A DNA stretch of 64,000 nt from Gemmatimonadales bacterium (GTDB lineage Bacteria > Gemmatimonadota > Gemmatimonadetes > Gemmatimonadales > GWC2-71-9). The translations under genes and the position numbers were made by a program. The DNA lies in the NCBI GenBank assembly GCA_035602245.1, contig DATNMO010000022.1, positions 5,836 to 69,835 of the forward strand, given 5' to 3'. Positions 44,801 through 56,166 of the stretch are shown in pieces (position 1 is the first letter of the stretch; each line of letters starts with the position of its first letter). The notes beneath the pieces are model-generated. The model was not told the origin of the DNA. It saw only the letters and a list, made by a program, of their open reading frames with translations, and ran no database searches.

Positions 44801-45958
44801 CTACCGGAGCGCTTGCACGACGCGGAGTCGCGCGGCCCGCCACGCGGGGAAGAATCCGCCCACGAGTCCCATCACTACGGCGAAGAGCACGCCGGCGAGG
44901 AGCAGCCCCGGCGTCACGCGAAACGCGAACGCGACCTCGCTGAACGAGTTCCAGTTGGTCGTACTAGTGACGATCCCGTTGATCGGCAGCGCGAGCAGGG
45001 CGCCCGCGATGCCGCCCAGGAACGCGATCGCCGCAGCCTCCGCCAGGAACGACACGAGGACGCTGCGCGGCGCGAAGCCGAGCGTGAGCAGCACGGCGAT
45101 CTCCGGCGTGCGCGACGCGACCGCGGCGTACATCGTGTTCACCGCGCCGAACACCGCCCCTACCGCCATGATGCTCGTGATCATGACCGCGAGCACGGTG
45201 AGGATCTTCGTGAGGATCCCCGACTGGCCGGCATAGAATGCCGATTCCCGCTGCGCCTGCACGGTCAGCCGCTGGTCGCCTTCGAGGGCCCGCTTCACCT
45301 CGTCGAACGCCGCGGGGTCGCGCAGCCGGAAGATGATGGATTGGAACACCTCGCCGCGGAACACCGGCATGAACTGCTCGGCTTCGCCCCACACTTCGGA
45401 CTCGAGAGACGACCCGCTTGCCTCGAAGTGCCCGACCACGGTCCAATCGCGCCCGGCAAAGCGCAGCGTGTCGCCGATCGCCGTGTGGGCGAAGCGCGGG
45501 ACGATCTTTTTGCCGAGGATGACCTCGCTGCGGCCCGACGTGAACTTCCGGCCCGCGACGATGTGGACGTTGCGGACCGCGAAGGCTTCATCCCCGACGC
45601 CGCGGGCAACCACGTTGTTTACGCCTTCGCCCACCGCACGGGGGATGTTGATCACCACGAACGTCTCGGACGACATCAGCGGCCGCCCCTCCGCTCCCGC
45701 GGCGATGCGGGGATCGGCGGCGATGAGGCGCGCGCTTTCGCGCGGCAGACCGCTCTCCATTTCGCTCGTCGCCCCGCGCCGCAGCACGATGACGTTGTCG
45801 GGGGAGCCCGTCTTGACGAGCGTCGCCCGGAAGCCGTTGGCGAGGGCGAGCATCGCTACGAACACCGCGACGACCAGCGCCACGCCCAGCGCCGTCATCG
45901 CGGTCGAGACGGGCCGCTGCGCGATGCTGCGCAGGTTGTAGATGAAGGGGATCTTCAT
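44801..45958 (-). CDS. ABC transporter permease, FtsX/MacB-like
   Basis: 385 aa. N-terminal TM, large periplasmic domain, C-terminal 3-TM FtsX-type domain. The ATG overlaps the upstream permease stop (ATGA). Confidence 0.85.
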   Translation of the reverse strand: MKIPFIYNLRSIAQRPVSTAMTALGVALVVAVFVAMLALANGFRATLVKTGSPDNVIVLRRGATSEMESGLPRESARLIAADPRIAAGAEGRPLMSSETFVVINIPRAVGEGVNNVVARGVGDEAFAVRNVHIVAGRKFTSGRSEVILGKKIVPRFAHTAIGDTLRFAGRDWTVVGHFEASGSSLESEVWGEAEQFMPVFRGEVFQSIIFRLRDPAAFDEVKRALEGDQRLTVQAQRESAFYAGQSGILTKILTVLAVMITSIMAVGAVFGAVNTMYAAVASRTPEIAVLLTLGFAPRSVLVSFLAEAAAIAFLGGIAGALLALPINGIVTSTTNWNSFSEVAFAFRVTPGLLLAGVLFAVVMGLVGGFFPAWRAARLRVVQALR

Positions 45959-47097
45959 TCGACGTGCCGCAGCGCCTGCACGATCGACAGCCGCGCCGCC
46001 CGGACCGCGGGCACGATGCCGCTCACCACCGCGAGGCCCAGGGCGATGGCGAAGCCGATCACGAGGGTCCCCGCCGACACGTCGAACCCGGGCAGAAAGC
46101 CAAATCCGTTGAAGCCCGTGCCGGAGTAGAGCAGTTTCGCGCCGCCCAGGCCCAGGATCGCGCCCGTGAGGGTCAGCACAGAGGCCTCGAGCATCACGAG
46201 GAGGAAGAGCGTGCGGTCGGTGAAGCCGATCGTCTTGAGGACCGCCACCTCACCGGTCCGCTCGCGCGCCGTCATCATCATCGCGTTGGCGGTCACCATC
46301 AGGATCGCGAACACCACGGCCATGCCGATCGAGTTCATCAGGAACTGCACGTTTCCCCACATCGTCACGAAGCTCTGGTTGAACGCCTTCTCGGTCATGG
46401 TCTTGGTGGCCGCGCTCGAGTTCCGGAACATGTCGTCGATCGTCTGCGCCACGCCCGCCGCGAGCGACGGGTCGGTCAGCTGGAGCGTGTACCATCCCGG
46501 CGAGATGCGGTGCTGCAGGCGCTCATCCAGGGCGGCATACTGGAAGATGAACGAGCGGTCGTCGATCGCCCGCACGCTGGGCGTGTACACGCCGCGAATG
46601 GTGAATATCCAGTCGCCGGGGAAGATCGTTCCCTTGATCGTCACGTTCTGGCCGACCTTCCACCCGAACTGCTCCATCAAGCCCCTGCCGACGAGCGCCG
46701 CGGTCCGCTCGCGCAGAAACGCTTCCTTCTGGTCCGGGGGCACCACGATCTCGGGATACATCGCGAGGTAGGATTCGGGATCCACAGCGAATGTCGCAAA
46801 GAAGACCTTGCCGTCGCCGTACTGGCCGCCGAACCAATTGGCCCAGGAGACGGCCTTGACGCCGGGCACGGCCTCGAGGCGCGCCTTGTAGCTCATCGGC
46901 AGGGGAAACACGATGGCCGTGGCGTTCTGGACGCCCATGCGCGACGCGCTCGCGACCTCCGTGCCCGCGTTGAGCGTGGTCACCACGGAGCGCAGCGACG
47001 CGAACAGGAACGTCGCCAATGCGACACCCAGCATCGTGAGGATCGTGCGCAGCTTGTGGCGGCGCAGGTTCGCGAAGACGAGGGGCAGGAGCTTCAT
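45955..47097 (-). CDS. ABC transporter permease, FtsX/MacB-like (second copy)
   Basis: 380 aa from ATG 47097 (MKLLPLVFANLRRHKLRTILTMLGVALATF). Same architecture as its neighbour. ATGA overlap with the ATPase stop. The longer ORF overlaps the ATPase gene. Confidence 0.85.
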   Translation of the reverse strand: MKLLPLVFANLRRHKLRTILTMLGVALATFLFASLRSVVTTLNAGTEVASASRMGVQNATAIVFPLPMSYKARLEAVPGVKAVSWANWFGGQYGDGKVFFATFAVDPESYLAMYPEIVVPPDQKEAFLRERTAALVGRGLMEQFGWKVGQNVTIKGTIFPGDWIFTIRGVYTPSVRAIDDRSFIFQYAALDERLQHRISPGWYTLQLTDPSLAAGVAQTIDDMFRNSSAATKTMTEKAFNQSFVTMWGNVQFLMNSIGMAVVFAILMVTANAMMMTARERTGEVAVLKTIGFTDRTLFLLVMLEASVLTLTGAILGLGGAKLLYSGTGFNGFGFLPGFDVSAGTLVIGFAIALGLAVVSGIVPAVRAARLSIVQALRHVE

Positions 47098-47765
47098 GTC
47101 GCCAGGACCCCCTTGTCGAGGTGCAGCACCTGCCCGGCCTTCTCGGCGGCGTGCGCGTCGTGCGTCACGATGATGATCGTCTTGCGGAACTCGGTGTTCA
47201 GCCGCCGCAACAGCCCCAACACTTCCTCGGCCGATTTCTTGTCGAGCTGCCCCGTGGGCTCGTCGAGCAGGATCAGCGTGGGATCGGAGACGATGGCCCG
47301 CGCGATCGCGGCGCGCTGCTCCTGGCCGCCGGAGAGCTGGCGGGGATAGTGATCGAGGCGGTCGTCGAGCCCCACGACCCCAAGGGCGAGGCGCACCCGC
47401 TCGCCCCGCTCTTTCTTGGACAGCCGCGTGAGCAGGAGCGGCAGCTCGACGTTCTGGAACGCCGTCAGCACCGGCAGCAGGTTGTAGGACTGGAACACGA
47501 ACCCGATGTGCCGCGCGCGCCACGTCGCCAGGGCGGACGGCGTCATCGAGCTCACGACCGCTCCGGCGACCGTGACCGTGCCGCTCGTCGGCTTGTCGAG
47601 CCCGGCGATCAGGTTGAGGAGCGTGGACTTGCCGCTCCCGGAGGGCCCCATGAGCGCCGTGAAGCTGCCCTCGGCGAAGTCGAGCGTGAGATTGTCGAAC
47701 ACCTCGATGACTTGGGTGTCGCGCTGGAACGATTTGGTGACATTGCGGACTTCGACAAGAGCCAT
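47094..47765 (-). CDS. ABC transporter ATP-binding protein (MacB/LolD-like)
   Basis: 223 aa: GPSGSGKSTLLN (Walker A), LSGGQEQRAAIARA (signature), LILLDEPTGQLD (Walker B). Confidence 0.92.
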   Translation of the reverse strand: MALVEVRNVTKSFQRDTQVIEVFDNLTLDFAEGSFTALMGPSGSGKSTLLNLIAGLDKPTSGTVTVAGAVVSSMTPSALATWRARHIGFVFQSYNLLPVLTAFQNVELPLLLTRLSKKERGERVRLALGVVGLDDRLDHYPRQLSGGQEQRAAIARAIVSDPTLILLDEPTGQLDKKSAEEVLGLLRRLNTEFRKTIIIVTHDAHAAEKAGQVLHLDKGVLAT

Positions 47766-47806
47766 GAGAAACCTGTTGTCAGTTGTCTGTGGTCAGTGCT
47801 CAGTGA

Positions 47807-49053
47807 TCACTGCGCTACTTTTACGCGCTGGCCCTCGTGGGGAGTTTCAACACCACTCACCAGCAACAGCTCGCCGCCGGAAAGCCCGGACCGAATCTCG
47901 CGCAAATTACCGCTCACCGGACCCGCGTCAACGTCGCGCCGTTCCAGGCGACCATTGCGGACGATCCATACGACGGCGCGGCCGCCCTCGGCACGGACGG
48001 CGGCGGCCGGCACGGTGAGCCGGCGCGCGGGCGCGGCGCCGGTACTGGCGGGCGCCGCTTCGTCGAGAAACTCGACCTTGGCCCCCATCTCCGACAGGAT
48101 GCGCGGGTCGCGATCGATGATCGCGACCTTCACTTGTACGGTGGCGCGCTGCCGGTCCGCCGTCGGCACCACCTGCCGCACCGCCCCGCGGAACGTGGTG
48201 TCGGGATAGGCGTCGAGCGTGATGCGCGCCCGCTGGCCGCTGCGCACGCGCGCGATGTACGCCTCATTCACGTCCACTTCCACCTCGAGCGTCGCCAGGT
48301 CGGCCATCGTGACGACCGCGCCGCGCGTGAGCCCACCGCCCACCGAAGGCGCGACCACCTCGCCCACTTCCGCCTCCTTGCGGAGGACCGTGCCCGTGAA
48401 GGGCGCGCGAATGAACGTGTTCTCGAGGTTGGCCTGCGCGACGCGCAGGCCCGCCGCGGCCGCCTCGACCCGGGCCTCTTGGGCATGCACGCGCGCGTCG
48501 GCCTGGCGCGCCCGGCTGTCGGCGGCCTCGACCTCCTGCGGCGACACGAGATTCGCGTTCTGAGCATGGACGTCGCGGACGCGCGTGTAGTCGCGCTGCA
48601 GCTGGTCGCGATTCGACTCCGCCTCGATCAGCGTGGCGCGGGCGCTCGCCAGCTCCGCCTCCGCCTGGGTCACCGCGGCGGTATAGTCGGCGTTGTCGAG
48701 GCGGGCGATCACGGCCCCCTTTTGTACCTCCGACCCCTCGCTCACGCCGAGGTAGGCGAGCCGTCCGGCAATCTTGGCGGAGACGGCGGCCTTGGTGCGC
48801 GCGACCACGTATCCATTCGCGACGATGCCTACGGACGCGGCCCCATCTCCCGTCCCCCCCCCTCCTCCCCCGTTGCCGGTCGAGGAGACGGTGACGACCT
48901 GAACCGGCACGGCCGATCCGCGCGCCAGGAGTACGATGGCCACGACCACGACGATAGCCACCCCGCCGATCCAGAGAGCGCGGGTAAACGCGCGCTGGAC
49001 CGCCGGCGGAGGATCGTCGCGATTAATCTGGAGCTTCGCGAGGTCGGGAGCGG

Positions 49054-49057
<4 letters not shown>
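47807..49057 (-). CDS. Efflux periplasmic adaptor (HlyD/MacA-type membrane fusion protein)
   Basis: 416 aa. N-terminal TM, lipoyl/alpha-hairpin pattern (coiled AAVTQAEAELASARATLIEAESNRDQLQRDY) and beta-barrel C-terminus. The GTG start overlaps the ftsH stop (GTGA). Confidence 0.85.
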
Positions 49058-51042
<1,985 letters not shown>

Positions 51043-51597
51043 CTACGTCAGACTCGCAATATAAGGAAGGTGCCGGAAGTTCTCCGCGTGATCGAGGCCG
51101 TAGCCGACCAGGAACAGTCGCGGGGCGTCGAAACCCACGAACTTCGCTTCCAGCTCCAAGTGTTCCGCTATGTGCTTGTGCAACAACGCGCAGATCTCCA
51201 AGGTCTTGGGCCGGCGCTCGCGCAGCAGCGTCACCAACCGGTTCAGCGTCTTGCCGGTGTCGATGATGTCCTCGACCAGCAGGATGTGCTTCCCCGCGAG
51301 CTCGGTCTCCGGGTCATACACCAGCTTCACATGGCCGCTCGACACCGTATCGCTGCCGTAACTCGCCGCGACCAGGAAATCCACCTGCAGCGGCCGCTCG
51401 ATGCGCCGCACCAGATCGCTCAAGAAGATGAAGCTGCCCTTGAGCAGGCCGAGCACGAGCAGGTCGCCGTCGGGATAGGCCGCGGTGATCTCGCGCCCCA
51501 ACTCGCGCACCCGGCGCGCGATCGTCTCTTCGTCGAAGACGATCCGCGCGAACTCACGCCCGCCGGTCTGCCTGAGCTGAGCCGTACTCGCTAACAT
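51043..51597 (-). CDS. hpt: Hypoxanthine phosphoribosyltransferase
   Basis: 184 aa. PRPP-binding motif ILLVEDIIDTGKTL. tilS-hpt-ftsH is a widely conserved order. Confidence 0.9.
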   Translation of the reverse strand: MLASTAQLRQTGGREFARIVFDEETIARRVRELGREITAAYPDGDLLVLGLLKGSFIFLSDLVRRIERPLQVDFLVAASYGSDTVSSGHVKLVYDPETELAGKHILLVEDIIDTGKTLNRLVTLLRERRPKTLEICALLHKHIAEHLELEAKFVGFDAPRLFLVGYGLDHAENFRHLPYIASLT

Positions 51598-52963
51598 CCA
51601 ACCTCACCGCGGGAGTTCCCGGCGCCGGCAGTGCATCCGCACTACGACAGATGCCCGGCACCCACAGAATCGTCTTTCCTCTACTGACGACCGGATAGCG
51701 CGCGCGCTCGCTCCGCGGCACCCGCGCCTCCATCAACAACCGCCTGAGCGGCCGGTGTCCTACCCCGCCCAGCGGGACCAGCGCGTCACCGGCAGCCGGC
51801 GCGCGCAGCTCCCATTCCGCGCCGTCCACCCAGGTCGTCCAGGTCGCGCGCTCGATCCGGTGCGGCGCCGCGGCAGGCGACCATGTGATCTCGAAGTCGC
51901 CGAAGCGCGCGTTACCCTGCTCTCCCGCCGGCAAGACGCGCTCCAATGCGCAGCCCACCTGGGAGCCCCCCCCCCGCCCCCCCCGGGTCACGCGCAGCTG
52001 ATCGAACGCTACCTCCGCCGTCCAGCCGTCGCCGAGGGAGAGCCGGCGCCCGGAAGGGCGTTGCGCGAGCGCCAGGAGCCGGCGCGCCTGCGCGGGTCCG
52101 AGCAGGCATCCCGCGCGCCGGGCCGCTGCGCGCAACAGCGCCACCGACAATGCGTTATCATAGCCGCACAGCACTTTCCGGGCAACGGTAAAGCTCGCGC
52201 CGTCCACGTGAAGCCCAAGCTCGGGAACGAGTTCCAGCGCGCGATCCCACGCGTGGCGGTCGCTGGCCGCATGCCTGCCAAGAGCGATCGCATCCGCACC
52301 CACGCGTGGTCCCATCCGTTCGGTGAGAAGCGGAAGCAGCGTGCCTCGGACCCACGAGCGTAAGTGTTTCGGATCGCGATTCGCGGGGTCGTCGTGCACC
52401 GGCAGCGTGCGCGCCGCCGCGTACACGGCCAGCTCGCGGCGCGTGAACGGCAGCAGCGGCCGCACCAACCCTCCCCGTCCCCGGCGCGCGATCCCCGCCA
52501 GCCCGGCCGGCGCGCTGCCACGCAACGCGCGCAGCACCACGGTCTCGATCTGGTCGTCGCGGTGATGCGCGGTCACGACGTAGGCGGCGCCGTGGCGGCG
52601 TTGCACGTCACGCAGCCACGCATAGCGCGCGCGCCGCGCGACGGTCTCAGTCGTGTCCGGCCCCAATTTCAGCTCACCCAGCTCAAACGGAATCCCGTAT
52701 CGCGCCGCCAGCTCTCTAACCGCCTGACCGACTAACCAACTGTCCTTCTGAATCCCGTGATCCGCGTGGGCAACAACGAGCTCCAAGCCCATCTCCTGCG
52801 CGACGCCGTGCAGGAGATCGAGCAGCACGACGGAATCGGCGCCGCCCGAAACGGCAACGACCGCGATTCGGGACGAGGGAGAGCGCACCCGAAACAGCCG
52901 TGCGCGCTCGACGTGCGCGCGAAACCGCTCGGGCAGCGACAGGGCTGGGGGGGCTGGGGACAT
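51554..52963 (-). CDS. tilS: tRNA(Ile)-lysidine synthase
   Basis: 469 aa from ATG 52963. PP-loop IAVVAVSGGADSVVLL, TAHHRDDQIET, C-terminal substrate-binding domain. Overlaps the hpt start by 44 nt. The longer ORF (to 53536) is antisense to the plus-strand flavin reductase gene. Confidence 0.85.
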   Translation of the reverse strand: MSPAPPALSLPERFRAHVERARLFRVRSPSSRIAVVAVSGGADSVVLLDLLHGVAQEMGLELVVAHADHGIQKDSWLVGQAVRELAARYGIPFELGELKLGPDTTETVARRARYAWLRDVQRRHGAAYVVTAHHRDDQIETVVLRALRGSAPAGLAGIARRGRGGLVRPLLPFTRRELAVYAAARTLPVHDDPANRDPKHLRSWVRGTLLPLLTERMGPRVGADAIALGRHAASDRHAWDRALELVPELGLHVDGASFTVARKVLCGYDNALSVALLRAAARRAGCLLGPAQARRLLALAQRPSGRRLSLGDGWTAEVAFDQLRVTRGGRGGGSQVGCALERVLPAGEQGNARFGDFEITWSPAAAPHRIERATWTTWVDGAEWELRAPAAGDALVPLGGVGHRPLRRLLMEARVPRSERARYPVVSRGKTILWVPGICRSADALPAPGTPAVRLDVSEYGSAQADRRA

Positions 52964-52975
52964 ATATCTTGAAGT

Positions 52976-53581
52976 ATGCCTCCCCCCCACCCCGACCGCA
53001 CCTATCAACTGCTCCGTAATCTGACCTCTCCCGTCGTGGCGATCACGTCCGAGCGCGGCGGCAAGGAAAACGGCATGATCTCGGACTCCGCCGTGCGCGC
53101 CTCGATCGTGCCGACGGTCCCCCGGGTGTCGGTGTACGTCCATAAGTTCAATTTCAGCCACGATCTGATCTTCAATACCGGCCGTTTCGTGATGCACCTC
53201 TTGCACACGGGGCAGTTCGACCTGATCCGGCGGCTCGGGTTTCAAAGCGGCCGCGACCGCGACAAGCTGGCGGATATACCGCACCGCCGGGGGACGCTGG
53301 GGGCGCCGGTCCTCGACGAGTGTTACGCCCATTTCGAGTGCCGGGTGGCGAACGTGATGGATACCGGCAGCTCGACGCTGTTTCTTGGGGACGTGGTGGA
53401 TGTGGGGTTCGGGAAGGCGACGGGACCCACCGGGGAAGTGATGACGGCGGCGTACTTCCGGGCCAACATGCCGACCGGGTGGCGGCAGGAGTACGAAGGG
53501 CAGCTCCAAGCGGCGCAGCGCATTGCCGAAGCGCAATCGCGGGACATCCGCGCCGTTACCTGGAAGGATCTACCGCGTTAG
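52976..53581 (+). CDS. Flavin reductase-like (split-barrel FMN-binding) protein
   Basis: 201 aa: VVAITSERGGKENGMISDSA...SVYVHKFNFSHDLI...HFECRVANVMDTGSSTLFLGDV matches the Flavin_Reduct domain pattern. One of only two plus-strand genes. Confidence 0.75.
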   Translation: MPPPHPDRTYQLLRNLTSPVVAITSERGGKENGMISDSAVRASIVPTVPRVSVYVHKFNFSHDLIFNTGRFVMHLLHTGQFDLIRRLGFQSGRDRDKLADIPHRRGTLGAPVLDECYAHFECRVANVMDTGSSTLFLGDVVDVGFGKATGPTGEVMTAAYFRANMPTGWRQEYEGQLQAAQRIAEAQSRDIRAVTWKDLPR

Positions 53582-53811
53582 GCGATGCCTTCCTCATCAT
53601 CCGGAGGTGAATCGAACAGCGGAGGATCTTCATAGACGATGGGCGGGGTGCAGGTGCAGCGTCCTTCGTGCGGCAGGGCGAACTGCGCGCTTGCGCGGGG
53701 CGGCCGGAACTCAATGGTCGCCGGATTGTGGATGAAGCCCCCGCAGAAATGGCAGTGGATCGTGCTCACAATTTCCTCTCCGGGCGCACGAGCCTCGGTC
53801 ACACCATTCAC
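53578..53811 (-). CDS. Hypothetical small Cys-rich protein
   Basis: 77 aa with HCHFCGG ... CTCTPP (possible zinc ribbon) and an acidic tail. It is the only ORF filling an otherwise ~380-nt non-coding stretch in a very compact region. No family recognised. Confidence 0.35.
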   Translation of the reverse strand: MNGVTEARAPGEEIVSTIHCHFCGGFIHNPATIEFRPPRASAQFALPHEGRCTCTPPIVYEDPPLFDSPPDDEEGIA

Positions 53812-53962
53812 TTCAGTCCCGGCATGGGCAAGACCCGCCGTTCCCGCAAAACGTCAACTCGCGCATTCACAGCAAGTTGGCTGGGGGGCCGGAGGGCCCT
53901 CGCGCCCCGCGACGCGCAGCGATAGTTTCGCCGCTCTTCCTCAATCCTCTCAGGAGCTTTCT

Positions 53963-54427
53963 ATGCGCCCTTGGTTCCAGGCTGTTCTCGCAATCGCCGC
54001 CGTAGCATGCCGGCCCGCTCCCCCTGCGGTGTCCGACGCCGACAAGACGGGCATTCGCGCCGCAGGCGACAGCTTCGTGGTGTTTTTCCGCACGAATCGC
54101 GACTCCGCAACGGCCGCTCTGTACACAGAGAATGCGGTCCTGATGCCGCCGAATCGAGGGGCTGTGGAGGGTCGGGCGGCGATCCGCGCGTTCTTCGAGG
54201 CGTTTCCGGCGCTGCCAGACTTCACTGCCACGCCCATCGACATCGACGGGCGGGGCGATCTCGCCTACGTCCGCGGGACGTACGCGTTCACGATGCCTGG
54301 GGCGAGCGGCCGGCCTGCGATGTCGGACCACGGCAAGTTTGTCGAGGTCCGGCGGCGCCAGCCGGACGGCAAGTGGCTCGTTTCCGTCGACATCTTCAAT
54401 TCGGATGTGCCGCTGCCGACGAAATGA
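53963..54427 (+). CDS. NTF2-fold lipoprotein (SnoaL/DUF4440-like)
   Basis: 154 aa from ATG 53963, with AGGAG 7 nt upstream. Lipobox AIAAVAC. ALYTENAVLMPPNRGAVEGRAAIRAFF...GKWLVSVDIFNSD is the DUF4440/SnoaL pattern. The upstream part of the ORF-track entry lacks an RBS and overlaps the small minus-strand ORF. Confidence 0.7.
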   Translation: MRPWFQAVLAIAAVACRPAPPAVSDADKTGIRAAGDSFVVFFRTNRDSATAALYTENAVLMPPNRGAVEGRAAIRAFFEAFPALPDFTATPIDIDGRGDLAYVRGTYAFTMPGASGRPAMSDHGKFVEVRRRQPDGKWLVSVDIFNSDVPLPTK

Positions 54428-54520
54428 CGCCGTCGTCGTGAAGCAGGACGTGCCGAGGGAACCATGTTGAACGGGGGATGACGACCACCGGCTTTCTGTT
54501 CCCTGGGCTGCTCGACCTGC

Positions 54521-55459
54521 TCAATCGACCGAGGGACGGAGCTCGCGCGCCTCGGCCGTGAGGCGGCTAAACCCGGCGCGGCCCACAATCGCCAGCCCGA
54601 TCGCGAGTATCGGCAACACCTGAATCGCCTGGAGGGCGAGGCCCGCGGCCACGCCGCGCTCTGCCGGGACGCCAAACGGCAGCAGCGCGGCGGCCATGGC
54701 CGCCTGCGTTATTCCCGCGTTAGCCGGAGTGATCCGGATGATGCCGCCGAGATTGACGGCCAGCAGCGCCGTGAACGATGCCGCGGGTGAGGCGGCGACG
54801 TGGGTCGCCCGCAGGGCCAGATCGTACGTCGCCCACTGGGCGCCCCAATTCACGATGGCGAGGAGGGTCGGCACGAGCAGCCGCCCGCCCCGCCCCATCA
54901 CGCCGAGCTCGACCGCTGCCGGCCGCAGGCGCTGCGGCAGCCAGGTCACCAGTCGCTCCCACACGCGGAATCGGACCATCACGAATGTCGCGAGCAACAG
55001 GATCGCGCCGGCGAGCTGCGCGGCCCGCACCGCGGGGGGCAGATCGAACGCCAACGGCGCTACCACCAAGAACACCGCCAGCCCCAGCGCTTCCACGATG
55101 CGAGACCCCACGACCGATACGATGGCGGCCCGGATCGGCACCTGATCCCGCCGCATGACGACGGAGACGCGGGCGGCCTCACCCGTCACCCCGACGCCGA
55201 CGACGTTCACGGCCGTTCCGATCAGATTGGCCTCCTGCGCCACCCACCAACGGTTCGGCGCCAGCGCCCCAAGGAGCAGGTGCCAGGCCCAGCCTTTCGC
55301 GACGGGCGAGATGAGATTCACGAGCAGGGCCCCGGCCAGCAGCAGGCCATTCGTGCCCGCGAGTGCCGCGCCGGTTTCGTCCCAGGGGAAGTGAAACGCG
55401 AGCCGCAGCACGAGGGCGAGGCCCGCGAGTCCGAGCAGCCACCAGATCCAGCGCTTCAC
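54521..55459 (-). CDS. Flippase-like membrane protein (UPF0104 / MprF lysyl-PG-synthase TM-domain family)
   Basis: 312 aa, about 8 TM helices. N-terminus KRWIWWLLGLAGLALVLRL and repeated Gly/Ala-rich helices, as in UPF0104. The GTG start overlaps the deacetylase stop (GTGA). Confidence 0.7.
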   Translation of the reverse strand: MKRWIWWLLGLAGLALVLRLAFHFPWDETGAALAGTNGLLLAGALLVNLISPVAKGWAWHLLLGALAPNRWWVAQEANLIGTAVNVVGVGVTGEAARVSVVMRRDQVPIRAAIVSVVGSRIVEALGLAVFLVVAPLAFDLPPAVRAAQLAGAILLLATFVMVRFRVWERLVTWLPQRLRPAAVELGVMGRGGRLLVPTLLAIVNWGAQWATYDLALRATHVAASPAASFTALLAVNLGGIIRITPANAGITQAAMAAALLPFGVPAERGVAAGLALQAIQVLPILAIGLAIVGRAGFSRLTAEARELRPSVD

Positions 55460-56166
55460 GGCACCAGCTCCCCGAGGGGCCGGAGCTCGTAGCCCGCGGC
55501 CCGGGCGTCGCGGATGATGCCCGGCAGCGCGTCTACGGTGGGCCGACGGTCGCCCTCTGGGTCGTAGCCATCGCCGTCATGGAGGAGGATGATGGCGCCC
55601 GGCGCGAGTTTGACGCGGACGCGGCGGCGGATCTCTTCGGCTGGCGGCCGCGCCGAGTCCCACACGCCAAAGCTCCACCCAAACACGGTGTAGCCCAGGC
55701 GGCGCACGGCGCCGGCAACGAACGGGTTGCGGTAGCCATGCGGGGCGCGGAAGGTGCTGGGCATCCGGCCGGTGGCGTGCGCGATCGCCGCGTGCGCGCG
55801 CTCCAGCTCGGCGCGAATCCGCGCGGGACCGCGGCGGTGCAGCTTCACGTGATGGAACGTGTGATTCCCGACATCGTGCCCGGCATCCGCCACCCGCCGG
55901 GCCGCGCCGGGAAAACGCTCGACGTGCGACCCGACCATAAAGAAGGCCGCGGGCACTGCGTGCGCGGCCAGGGTATCGAGAATCGGCTCGGTCGCGGCCG
56001 GGTTGGGGCCGTCGTCGAATGTGAGATAGACCTGGCGCTGGTTGCGCGGCCCCCAGCCGATCGCTCGGCCGAACAAGCTGCTGTTCGGATAATAGGCGCC
56101 GATCGCGAGTGCCCCCCCTGTCCCCAATGCGGCTCCCCCTGCACCGGCGAGCAGGAGATCGATCAT
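55456..56166 (-). CDS. Polysaccharide deacetylase (NodB homology, CE4)
   Basis: 236 aa: YLTFDDGPNP (motif 1), VGNHTFHH (motif 2), RAPHGY, ILLHDG. N-terminal TM helix. The ATG overlaps the GT stop (ATGA). Confidence 0.88.
   Translation of the reverse strand: MIDLLLAGAGGAALGTGGALAIGAYYPNSSLFGRAIGWGPRNQRQVYLTFDDGPNPAATEPILDTLAAHAVPAAFFMVGSHVERFPGAARRVADAGHDVGNHTFHHVKLHRRGPARIRAELERAHAAIAHATGRMPSTFRAPHGYRNPFVAGAVRRLGYTVFGWSFGVWDSARPPAEEIRRRVRVKLAPGAIILLHDGDGYDPEGDRRPTVDALPGIIRDARAAGYELRPLGELVP

Noticed and set aside
51966-51984. Long homopolymer tracts as possible phase-variation switches or sequencing errors: C10+C8 in tilS (51966-51975, 51977-51984), C9 in ftsA (71-79), C9 in the MFP gene (48854-48862), C9 in lipoprotein B (58268-58276), C8+C7 in DUF2723 (42359-42374)
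   Set aside because: All are in frame and encode poly-Gly or Gly/Arg linkers on the coding strand. A rough estimate (about 0.35^9 x 64 kb x 2) gives several runs of 9 or more by composition alone. Several lie in essential genes where on/off switching is implausible. They are still worth a glance if the assembly is from error-prone reads.
54428-54520. Bidirectional terminator in the 93-nt convergent gap between the NTF2 lipoprotein gene and the flippase-like gene
   Set aside because: The only complementarity is a 6-bp pair (GTCGTC...GACGAC) separated by about 40 nt. There is no compact GC hairpin with a flanking T/A tract.
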